Below are positions 23,801 to 35,800 of a stretch of DNA of 64,000 nucleotides, piece after piece. The stretch lies in contig NC_092383.1 of the NCBI RefSeq assembly GCF_030028105.1, forward strand, positions 87,501,921-87,565,920, read 5' to 3'. Within the stretch, counting starts at the first letter, position 1. Each line of letters starts with the position of its first letter. Source of the DNA: Mobula birostris. Taxonomy: Eukaryota. The position numbers were made by a program, and so were the translations under genes. The notes under the pieces were generated by a model. That model had not been told where the DNA came from and made no database searches. It was given only the letters and a program-made list of their open reading frames with translations.

Positions 23801-26800
23801 ACTGTAAGCCTCCATTGACTCAGGCAGCGGCACCTTGCGTGGCTCCTTCATTATCTCTGCCAGTGAGCAACTCGCTGATGCTGTAGACCTGCAGTCCTTC
23901 GAGTTCTTAACATATAGCAGAATCTTGCAATCATAGATGTACATTTAAGTACAACAGTAGCACCTTTTGTTGACCCCATAGAGGCCGCTGCGATCAGCCA
24001 CGCCACTGTCTTGCCAGAAGTTGGTAATCTTCTACGTTCTGAAGAATACAGTGCTAACCTATTCAAGCTTTCTCTATAACTCAGGTCCTCCAGACCCAGC
24101 AACATCCTTGTAAATTTTCTCCGCAATATTTCAACCTTGTTTATATCTTTCCTATAGGTAGGTGACCAAACCAGCACACAATATTCCAAATTAGGCCTTC
24201 CCAACAACTTATACAACTTCAATGTAACATCCCATCTTCTGTACCCATTAATTTATGAAGACCAATATGCCAAAAGTTTTCTTTATAATCTTATCTACCT
24301 GTGATACCACTTTCAGCAAATTATGTACCAGTTTTCCCAGATCCCTCTCATTGCTCTACCACACTCTCACTGCCCTACCATTCACTGTGTAAGACGTAGC
24401 CTGGTTGGCCCTACCAAAATGCAAAACATCGCACTTGCCTGCATTAAATTTCATTTGCCATTTTAGCCCATTTTTGCAGCTGATGCAGATCCTTCTGCAA
24501 GCCATTATAGATTTTTTCACCGTCCACTGCACCCCCAATCTTTGTGTCATCCGCAAATTTGCTGATTCAGTTAAAAACATTATCATCCAGATGATTGATA
24601 TAGATAACAAACAAGAAAGGGCCCTACACTGATCCCTGTGGCACTCCACTAGTCATAGTCTCCATTCAGAGAGGCAACCATCCACTACCGCTCTCTGGCT
24701 TCTCCCACAAAGACAATGTCCAATCCAATTTACCACCTCATCTTGAATGCCGAACAATTGAACCTTCTGGACCAGCCTCCCATGCAGGACTTTGTCCAAT
24801 GTCTTACTACATACACGCAGACAACTTATCTTTATCTACTTTCCTGGTAACTTCCTTGAAAAACTCTGAAAGATTGGTTCAACATGTCCTACCATGCACA
24901 AAGTCATACTGCCTATCCTTAATCAGCCCAAGTCTATCCAAATACTTATATATCCAGTCCCTTAGAATACCTCCCAATAACTTTCCCACAATTTATGTCA
25001 GATTCACCAGCATTTCATGTTTTTTTTTTCAGAGCCTTTTTTAAGCAGCGGAATAACATTGGCTTTCCTCCAATTCTCTGGTACCTCTCCTGTCACTAAG
25101 GATGATTTAAATATCTCTGCTAGGCCCCCAGCAATTTCTGCATACCTCTTGTAGGGTCCGAGGGAATACCCATCCTGGAACTTTATCCACCCTGATTTGC
25201 CCCAGGGAAGCAAACACCTCCTCCTCTATAATCTGCACAGGGTCCATGAAGTTGATGCCACCTTGCCTCACTTCTATAGACACTGTACCCATTTCCCATT
25301 ACAAAGAATGCATTTAAGATCTACCCCATCTGTTTCTGCTCCACATATAGATTACTGTTCTGGTCTTCCAGAAGACCAATTTTTTTCCCTTGCAATCCTT
25401 TTGCTCCTAACATACCTGTAAAATCCCTTATGATTCTCCTTCACCTTGTCTGCTAGACCAACTTTGCGCCTTCTTGATTTATTTCTTAAGTGTTTCTTTG
25501 CATTTCTTATACTCTGTAAGCACCTCATTTGTTCCTACCTGCTTTGCACCTCCTTTATTCTGTTAACCAGGGCCTCAATATCTCTCGAAAACCAAGGATC
25601 TCTACACTTGCTATCTTTACCTTTTATTCTGACAGGCACATATAAGCTTTGTACTCTCAAAATTTCATTTTTGAGGGCCTCCCTCTTTCCAAGTACACCT
25701 TTGCCAGAAACCAGCCTGTCCCAATCCTGATCAGGGATTGCTAAGCAGGTGCTACACCTTGCCCAAGGGTAAAGGAGTGCCTTTTGATAGAGATATATCT
25801 CCACCCCACACCAGTGTATTAATGGTTAAGTAAATGCAAGGGTATTGAGGAATGTGGAGGATGACTGTGACCTTGGTGAATGTGATCACTGATCATTGAG
25901 TGTGCCAGAAGACGTAGATAAGGTGATTAGAAAGGCACAAGAAATGTCTTCCTTTATTTGCAGAGACCTAGGATGTAGGAGTAGAATTAGGCCCATCGAG
26001 TCTGCTCCATCATTTCATCATGTCTGATCCATTTTCCTCAGCCCCAATCTACTGCCTTCTCCCCGTATACCTTCGTGTCCTGATTAATCAAAACTCTTTC
26101 AACCTCTGCCTTAAATATACCCAATGACTTGGCCTCCACAGCTGCCTGTAGCAATGAATTCCACAGATTCTCTACTCTCTGGCTAAAGAAATACCTCCGC
26201 ATTGAGGATGTCCCTCTATTCTGAGGCTGGGTTCACTGGTTTTAGACTTCCCCATCATTGGAAACATACCCTCCATATCCAATTGACTGAGGCCTTTCAA
26301 CATTCGATAAGTTGCAAAGAGGTCACCCTTCATTGTTCTGATTCCAGTGAGCAAAGGCCCAGAGCTTTTTAACACTCTTCATATGACAAGCCTCTCAATC
26401 CCAGAATCATCTTTGTGGACCTCCAATGTCAGCCTATCCTTTCTTAGATAAGGACCTCAAAACTGCTCACAATATTTCAAGTGAGGCCTCACCAGTGCTT
26501 TATAAAGCCTCAACTTTACATCTTTGCTTCTATATTCTATTCCTCTCAGAATAAATGCAAACATCGCATTTGCCTTCCTCTCCACCAAATGAACCTGCAA
26601 ATTAACTTTTAGGGAGTCATGAACAACGACTCCCAAGTCCCTTTGTGTCTCAGATTTTTAAATTTTTTTCTCCATTTAGAAATTAGCCTATCCTTTAATT
26701 TTTTCTATCAAAGTGCATGAACATACATTTCCCGACACTGTATCCCATCTGCCACTTCTTTTCCCGTTCTCCTCAAATGTTTTAGTCCATTTGTAGCCTC

Positions 26801-29800
26801 TCTACTTCCTCTAAACTACCTGCCCCTTCACCTATCTTCGTGTCATCTGCAAAGTTTGCAACAAAGCCATCAATTCAGTCAGCCAGCTTATTGACATATA
26901 AGTTAAAAAGAAGCTATCCCAACACAGACCCTTGAATCATCTTCTACTGGCTCCACTGTTGAGGTCTTGTTTAGATCGCTTTTGTCATGGTCCGGTCCAT
27001 GAAGTCTGCATTCCGGTTCACGGTCCGGTCCATCGTTCCCTATTCCAGGTTTTCCAGTTTTCCCTTGTCCTGTTGTATGCCTTAATAGAGGCACATGATT
27101 CTCATTTTGGGCTGGACTGTTCCCTTCCCTCTCTTTCCCTTTCTTTCTGAAGCCTCACCTGCTACCTTCGCCTGTGTCCTCGTCTGTAACGCCATCAGAT
27201 TCAACTGCCAGGGCAAGACCAGGGCCTTTTTGTGCCTAGATAAGGAACTGTCTTCCATTGTTTGGAACTACCTCTCTGTGTCCACGCCTTCGCTAGGTAG
27301 GCCCAGTCGCTTGCCGCTATGTTGAGTTGGGAACTGTCTCTGTGTCCATGCTTTCGCTAGGTAGGTCCGGCCGTTTGCCGCTACCTTGTATTGAGAACAG
27401 TCTCTTTGTGCCCTCATCTCCGCTGGGAAGGTCCGGCCGTTTGCCGCTACCTTGAGTGGAGATCTGTCTCTCAGTGTTCTGTGTATGAGTCCCAGACCTA
27501 CGTCCTGCTCCCTAGGAGGGGTCCTAACTCTGTGGAGTCCCAACCCCAAATCCTGTTCTCAAGGAGGGGTCCCAGCTCTGTGTTCCATGTTCCTGTTCTC
27601 GTTCAACCAAGGCTCTGCGTTCCTGTTCTTCCTCAACCAAGTCAAGGCTTCATGTTCTCATCCTGTCCACGTGTCTCGCCCAGCCCGGTGCTGGGGTTCT
27701 CTCGTCCTGTCCAGGAATCTCATGTCCAGTCTCCTTGTCCTGTAGCCACGTCCTGTCCTCGCCTAGATCCAGTGACCAAGCCCGAGTCAAGACCTAGGTT
27801 CCAGGTCCCTGTCCAGTCTCTGGCGCGGAGTCCTTGTCCAGGTTCCAAGTTACTAGTTCCTTGTCCAGGTCCTGCTTTCCTAGCCTAGACCTAGCCCAGG
27901 CCCTGTATCCTAGCCTCGTCCAGGGCCTGTGTCTTGTCCAACATTGGTCTTCCCCACTTCCCTTGCTTTCTTGACGCACCTAGTCCTGTTCCTAGTACTT
28001 CAGTATCTGTGTCTTGCATTTGGGTCCGCTCCCAGCGCCCCCTCGTATGACAGCCTTATGTCTGGAACCTCGCCCTTGACCTTTCCACCAGGGCATATCC
28101 TACCAGGAGGGAAGCTCCAAAGATGTCAGAAACTCACAAACCACTCCAACACCACAAAGAGGTGAGGAGGTGATAGCATTCTGAAATTGACTTCCTGAGA
28201 GGTTGGTAGAGGCAGAAACCTTCCGCACTATAAACAGAGCCTGGAAGGTGTATTTGAAGAGCCGTCATCTGCCAGGCAAAAGACCCAATGTTGGAGGAAG
28301 GATTAGAACAGACAGAGCTTTTCCAATCAGTACTGAATGAATGGATGAACAGCCCCTTATGTTGTAAATTCTATGATCTTGCTCCCGGAAATCAGAAGTA
28401 GAACTGAACATTTTATCTTCTATTGGCAGGAAATCTAGTGATATATATCAGTGCCCTTTTTTGCTAAGTATAAAACCAGAATGTATGAAGACCCTAGTGT
28501 TATTTTTGGGGTTCAACATTTTCTGCATATATAGTACTCTCATTTGCCCCCAATGTACCCCTGCCCCCAAGAAAGAGATTGTCTCCTTGTCTCCTTCAAT
28601 CTGCAGTCTCTCACCATTCAGGGAAATGTGAACTAAATACCTTTGGAAAAGTTGGGATCTGAGGAAGAAGCTGAGTAGAAAGCTGGGAGATACTGTTAGA
28701 AACCATATGCTGAAGATGAAGCTGTTCCACAGGTAAGGGTATAGGCTAAATATTAGCTGCTGGGAGATGGCCAAAGTAGTCAGCTGGAGGAACTCAGTGG
28801 TCAGGAATTCAGCATCTGTCAGGGGATGGGATGGCCGAGGTTATTGTCCAGATACAGTTTTCCAACAAGAAACTTCAACAGTTTTGTTCTCTCACATATT
28901 TTGACTGGCCTACTGAGTTCCTCCAGTGCTTTGTGATTAGCTCCAGAAGGGTTTTTGTTCATTCAAGAAATTTCAAGAGATTGAGAACATTCAAAGACAT
29001 TTTCTATCTCTTATTGCTACAGTTGGAACTTGCCACTTGTTTCAAAAGGGCAACAATTATATAAGTGCCCAAGAAGAACAGTGTGAGCTGCCTTAATAAT
29101 TATTGTCCAGTTGTATTCACATCTATGGTGACGAAGTACATGGAGAGATTGGTCGCGGCTAGAATATGCTCCTGCCTCAGCAAGGACCCCGACCCACTGC
29201 AATTTACCTGTCGCCATGATAGGTCTATAGGAGACAAGTTCTCATTGGCTCTCCATGTGGCTTGAATCACTTGGACAATACAAACACCTGTGTCAGGATG
29301 CTGTTTATTGACTATAGCTCAGTGATTAACACCATCATTCCCAGAGTCCTGATTGAGGAGCTATAGAACCAAGGCCTCTGTACCTTCTTCTGCAACCATA
29401 GAACATGGAACATAGAAATCTACAGCACGTTACAGGCCCTTCGGCCCACAATGTTGTGCCAACCAACTGTCCAGAATTTCCCTAGCACCTAGCCCTCTAT
29501 TTTTCTAAGTTCTATGTACCAATTTAAGAGGCTCCTAAAATACCCTATTGTATCTGCTTCCACCACCGCTGCCAGCAGTGCATTCCACGCACCCATCACT
29601 CTGTGTGAAAAACTTACCCCTGACATCCCTTTGGTACATATTTCCAAGCACCTTAGAACTATACCCCCTTGTGTTAGCCATTTCAGCCCTGGGAAAAGCT
29701 CTGGCTATCTACACGAATCAACATCACTCATCATCTTATACACCACTATCAGGTCACCTCTCATCCTCCATCGCTCCAAGGAGAAGAGGCCAAGTTCACT

Positions 29801-32800
29801 CAAACTATTCTCCTAAGGTCCACCCTCCAATCCAGGCAACATCATTGAAAATCTCCTCTGCAATCTCTCAATAGTATCCACATCCTTCCTGTAGTGAGGT
29901 GACCAAAATTGAACACAGTACTCCAAGTGGGATCTGACCAAGGTCTTGTATAGCTGTAACATTACCATATGGCTCTTAAACTCAATCCCATGATTGAAGA
30001 ATGCCAACACACCATACACCTTTTTAACAACACCGTCAACCTGCACAGCAGCTTTGAGTGTCCTATCGACACAAACCCCAAGATCTCTCAGATCCTCCAC
30101 ATTGGTAAGAGTCTTACCATTAATATTATATTCTGTCTTCAAATTTGACCTACCAAACGGAACCACTTCACATTTACATGAGTTGAAGTCCATCTGCCAC
30201 TTCTCAGCCCAGTTCTGCATCCTATTGATCTCCCACTGTAACCTCTGACAACCCTCCAAACTATCCACAACACCCCCAACCTTTGTGTCATCAGCAAACT
30301 TACTAACCCACCCTTCTACTTCTTCATCCATGTCATTTATAAAAATCACAAAGAGGAGGGGTCCCAGAACAGATCCCAGCAGAACACCACTGCTCACCAA
30401 CCTCCATGCAGAATACGAACCATCTACAACTGCCCTTTGCCTTTTGTGGGCAAGCCTATTCTGGATCCACAAAGCAAGGTCTCCCTGGATCCCATGCCTC
30501 CTTACCTTCTGAAGACACCTTACATGGGGAACCTCATCAAATGCCCTACTGAAATCCATATACACTACATCCACTGCTCTACCTTCATTAATGTGTTTTG
30601 CTACATCCTCAAAGAATTCAGTCAGGCTCATAAGGCATGACCTGCCTTTGACAAAGCCATGCTGACTATTCCTAATCAGATTATTTCTCTCCAATGCTCA
30701 TAAATCCTGCCTCTCAGGATCTTCTCCCACAACTTGCCCATCACTGAAGTCAGACATACTGATCTATAATTTCCTGGGTTATCTCTACTCCCTTTTTTGA
30801 ACAAGTGAACAACATTTACAATGCTCCAATCCTACGGTACTTCTCTTGTCCCTATTGATGACACATAGGTCATCACAAAAGGCTCAGTAATCTCTTCCTT
30901 TGCTTCTCACAGCAGCCTGGGGTATATTTCATCCAGTCCCGGTGACTTATCTAACTTAATGCTTTTCAAAAGCTCCAGCACATCCTCTTTCTTAATGTCT
31001 ATATGCTGAAGCATTTCAGTTCACACTAAGTTATCACCACATTTACCAAGATCTTTTTCCCTGGTGAATACTGAAGCAATGTATTCATTAAGTACCTCTG
31101 CTACCGCTTCCGACTCCATGCACACGAGTCCACTATCGCACCTGATTGGTCCTATTCTCACATGGCCCATCCTCTTGTTCTTCACATACTTGTAGAATGC
31201 CTTGAGGTTTTCCTTAATCCTGCCCACTAAGGCCTTCTCCTGGCCCCTTCTGGCTCTCCTAATTCCATTCTTAAACTCCTTCCTAGCAATCTTGTAATTT
31301 TCCAGAGCTCTAACAGTACCTAGTTTATTCAACCTTTCGTAAGCTTTTCTTTTCTTCTTAACTAGATTTTCTACATCCTTTGTACACCATTGTTCTTTCA
31401 CCCTACCCCAATTACATATTTTCCCAAAATACTCTCCCACTGAGAGATCTGACACCTGACCAGATTCACTTCCCAATACCAGATCAAGTACAGCCTCTCC
31501 TCTAATTAGCTAATCTACATATTGCGTCAGGAAACCTTCCTGAGCAAACCCAACAAACTCCACCCAACCTAAGCCACTTGTGCTAAGGAGATGCCAATCA
31601 ATATTAGGAAGGTTAAAATCTCCCATGACAATAACCCTATTATTATTGCACCATTGCAGAATCTGCCTCCCTATCTGCTCCTTGATATCCCTGTTACTAT
31701 TGGGGGGGTCTATAAACAACACCCAGTAGTGTTATTGCCCCTTTCCTGTTTCTGATTTCCACCACACTCACTCAGTAGACCATCCCTTCATGACTTCCTC
31801 CTTTCTGCAGCTGTGACATTATCCTTAATTAGCAATGCCACTCCCCCACCTCTTTTGCCTACCTCTCTGTTCTTTTTGAAACATCTAAAGCCTGGCACAC
31901 TCAGCAGCCATTCCTGTTGCTGAGATATCCAAGTCTCTGTAATAGCCACAATGTCATATTTCCATGTATTGATCCACACTCTAAGTTCATCTGCCTTGCT
32001 TATGATACTACTTGCATTACAATAGACACATCTCAAACCATCAGGCTGAGTGAATCTTTGCTCTATCATCTGCCTATCCTTCCTCACAAACTCCCTACAA
32101 GCTGTCCCTTCTTGTACTCCAACCTCCCCATCCGCTGACTCCTCACTTATGTTCCCAACCACCTGCAAATCTAGTTTAAACCCTCCCCAATAGCATTAGC
32201 AAACCTCTCCACCAGGATATTGGTCCCCCTCAGATTCATGTGCAAACCATCATTTTTGTACAGATCACAGCTGCCTCTGAAGAGATCCCAATGATCCAAA
32301 AATCTGAATCCCTACCTCCTGCTCCAATCCTTCAACCATACATTTATCCTCCACCTTATTCTATTCCTATACTCACTGTCACGTGGCACAGGCAGCAATC
32401 CTGAAATTATTACCTTTGAGGTCCTGCTTCTCAGCTTCCTTCCTAACTCCCTGTATTCTGCTTTCAGGACCTCCATCCTGTTTCTAACTATATCGTTGGT
32501 ACCAGTAAGTACCACGACCTCTGGCTGCTCACCCTCCCATTTCAGGATGTTGTGGACATGCTCAGAAACATCTGAGAGGCAAACTACCATTCTTGTTTCT
32601 TTTTTGCGCCCACAATCACCCAGAAGACCACGATCTGTGTAGATCAGAAATAACATCTCCATCTCGCTGACAATCACACAGGTGCGTTTCAGGGATGTGT
32701 GCTTAGTTCTCTGCTCTACTCTCTTTACACCCATGACTGTGTGGCTAAGCATTGCTCCAATGTCATCTATAAGTTTGCTGATGATACAACCATTGTTGAC

Positions 32801-35800
32801 AGAGTCTCAGATGGCGACGAGAGGGTGTACAGGAGTGAGATATACCGACATGTTGAGTGGTGTCGTAGCAGCAGCCTTACACTCAACGTCAATAAGGCCA
32901 AAGAGCTGATAGTGACTTCAGAAAAAGTAAGATCAGGGTACACACATCATTCCTCGTGGAGGGATTAGAAGTGGAGAGAGTGAGCAACTTCAAGTTCCTG
33001 GGTGTTAATATCTATGAGGACCTAACCTGGTCGCAACATATCAATGCAGCTATAAAGAAGGCAAGACAGCGGCTATATTTCATTAGACGTTGGAGCAGGT
33101 TTGGTATATCACTTAAAAGACTGGAAAATTTCTGCAGATGTACCGTGGACAGCATTCTGTCAGACAGCAACACTATTTGGTATGGGGTGGTGGGGAGGGG
33201 GGCTGCTACTTCATAGGGTCGAAGAAAGCCACACAGAGTTGGAAAATTAGTCAGATCCATCACAGGTGCTAGCCTTGATAGTATCCAAGACATCTTCAAG
33301 GAGCAGTGCCTCAAAAAGGTGGCGTCCATAGTTAAGCAGCCCCACTGCCTTCTTCTCATTATTACCATCAGGAAGTAGATACAGGAGCCTGAGGCACCCA
33401 GTCAACAGTTCAGGAACAGCTTCTTCCCTTCTCCCATCCAATTTCTGAATGGACATTGAACCCATGAACACTACCTCACTATTTTTTCTTTTTGCACTAC
33501 GTATTTAATTTAAATATTTAATATACATACACATACACACACATATAGATTACTTAGTAAAGGCATCCGTTAGTCTTGCGAGACCATGGATCTGCGCCTG
33601 GAAAGTCTTCACTCCCCAGGGCGCAGGCCTGGGCAAGGTTGTATGGAAGACCAGCAGTTGCCCATGCTGCAAGTCTCCCCTCTCCACAACACCGATGTTG
33701 TCCAAGGGAAGTGCAAGAGCTGATACAGCTTGGCACCAGTGTCGTCACAGAGCAGTATGTGATTAAGTGCCTTGCTCAAGGACACAGCACGCTGCCTTGG
33801 CTGGGGCTCAAACCCACGACCTTCAGATCATTAGTCGAACGCCTTAACCACTTGGCCACGTGCCCACACATAGATATTACTATTACCGTAATTCACAGGT
33901 TTTTTTGTTCTATATTATCATGTATTGCATTGTTCTGCTGCCGCTCAGTTAACAAATTTCACAACATATGCTGGTGATATTAAACCTGATTCTGATTTAC
34001 GGAAGTATGTTCTCTTCAGTTTCAGGTGCGGTGTGGGCAGAGAAATATCGAAGAGGAGTTGTGGGAAGAGCGATCGCAATCAATTGTTACTATGAAGCAA
34101 AGTACCGCTCACACACAAAGTATTGGTGCCATGGATGGACTCTCCAATGTTCAGTTTTAGTGGAAACAAAGGGGCAACACGGACGGAGTGGACGAGTGTC
34201 AATCACAGAGAACCTGAAACAGAGAATATTTACTGTTACTATGGTGGATCTTCGCTCTGGAGATACAGGATGGTACAGCTGTGGAATTACAACACCAGGT
34301 CTCGATCCGATGTTTCATGTACATCTACAAGTATCTGATGGTAGGTTACTCAGTGATTGATTTTATGTCTTCACTGATGTCAGATCCATGTTTTCTCTGA
34401 GTGGTCATGGTAGCATTGATATCCCAAAGCTCAGCAGCATTGCAGAGTCCTACGAGGAAAATGCAGGAGTTGGGAAACCATATGCATGTTGATCTCACCC
34501 AATCTAATGTTCCACATATACCTAAAAGTATCTGATGGTACGTTTATCAGGGATTGACTTTCTGTCCCCCACTTAAATATCTGATCTGCGTCTTCACTGC
34601 GAAGGGTCAGGACAATTCTCATATTCTGAGGGTCCACTGCAGTGTTGAGTCCTGAGGGGAGTGGGCAGGTGTCGGGGAAACCCCACTCATTGTTCTCACC
34701 CATTGCAGTATCAGACCCACTGAATGGACACCGATTTCCAGTGAGAGGCTTATTACAATTTTCCTACCTCTGAACCGTATGAAATGCCAGTCTGTCAGAG
34801 GTTTGCATTCAGACTAAAAATAATAATCCAGCCATAACAGATCAGAGAGAAACTTATTGCTCATGGGCTAATTACCTGAAAACCATAAAAAGGGAATCAT
34901 TTCCCAGAGCTCAAAAGACTGCATTCAATTCTTACAAAGCAGACCAGTCCAATCCCTGGTCTATCTCAGGGATCAATCACTCATTCCCAACTCCCACCCA
35001 CCTGTATCCCATATATGTGCTCTGAGCCCCCAACCCCAGCACCCACTGACCATCCACTCTGAAGCATCCAGCCTCTTCATCCATGGGAATCAGATTAAAT
35101 GAAATCTGATGAGATCTTGTCCCATCAGAATCCTTTTGTTTTTCTTTCTCCATCTTGCCTTTTTACCCCTTCTTATTCCCCTCCACTGCCCTCATGCCCA
35201 GATTTTTGCCCTCTGGTGCCTAACCTCCTTATTTTATGGTATGGTCTACTGTCTCCTCCAATCAGACTCTTCCTTCTTCAAACCAATGCCTCTTCTGCCT
35301 AAGACCTCCCAGTTTATCACACCATTCTCTTGCCCCATCCCGCCTTCTTACCTTCCACCTCTCACCTGGATTAACCTGTCAGCTTATGCTCTTTCCTCTC
35401 TCCCCACCCTATTATTCAGTCCTCCACTCAATCGTTTCATTCCTAATGATGGGCCTCAGCCTGAAACATCATACATGTATTTTCCTCCAGAGGTGTTGAC
35501 TGATCTGCTGACTTCCTCCAGCTCCTTTGTCTGGACATCCACCTTCCTGAGATTTCTGGGGTTCGCCCACTGCCTCCAAGCATACAGCAGCACCAAGGGT
35601 TTCCCTTGCTGTTGCAGGTCACAGAAACCAAACACTTTCTCCCAAAACCCTCCAAGCATGTGACAGATATCTGACCATTTCTTCCCCTCACATTCAGTTC
35701 TTCCAGGACTCTCTCCAGTTTGTTCCAATTCCCTGTCTCCACTGGAGACTTGCTCCCTGCTGCCGAGAGAGATTGAAACCCTGATTTTCACACTGACTCA

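Larger units (their letters stand above)
29055..33996 (+). mobile_element. Rex/Babar LINE (RT and 3' end) split by a CR1 and a SINE
   Basis: [56 protein letters not shown]; (CTGATT)2 tail at 33986-33997. Confidence 0.85.

Noticed and set aside
27270-27990. Repeat-spacer-like array and the Pro/Ser-rich 165-aa ORF 27391-27888
   Set aside because: Degenerate tandem repeats inside an LTR in a vertebrate genome, with no unique spacers or cas genes; the ORF is a by-product of the repeats.
33968-34019. ORF-track N-terminus [17 protein letters not shown] as a signal peptide
   Set aside because: It lies in the Rex/Babar tail and polypyrimidine tract; a proper phase-1 leader exon exists at 20776-20812.
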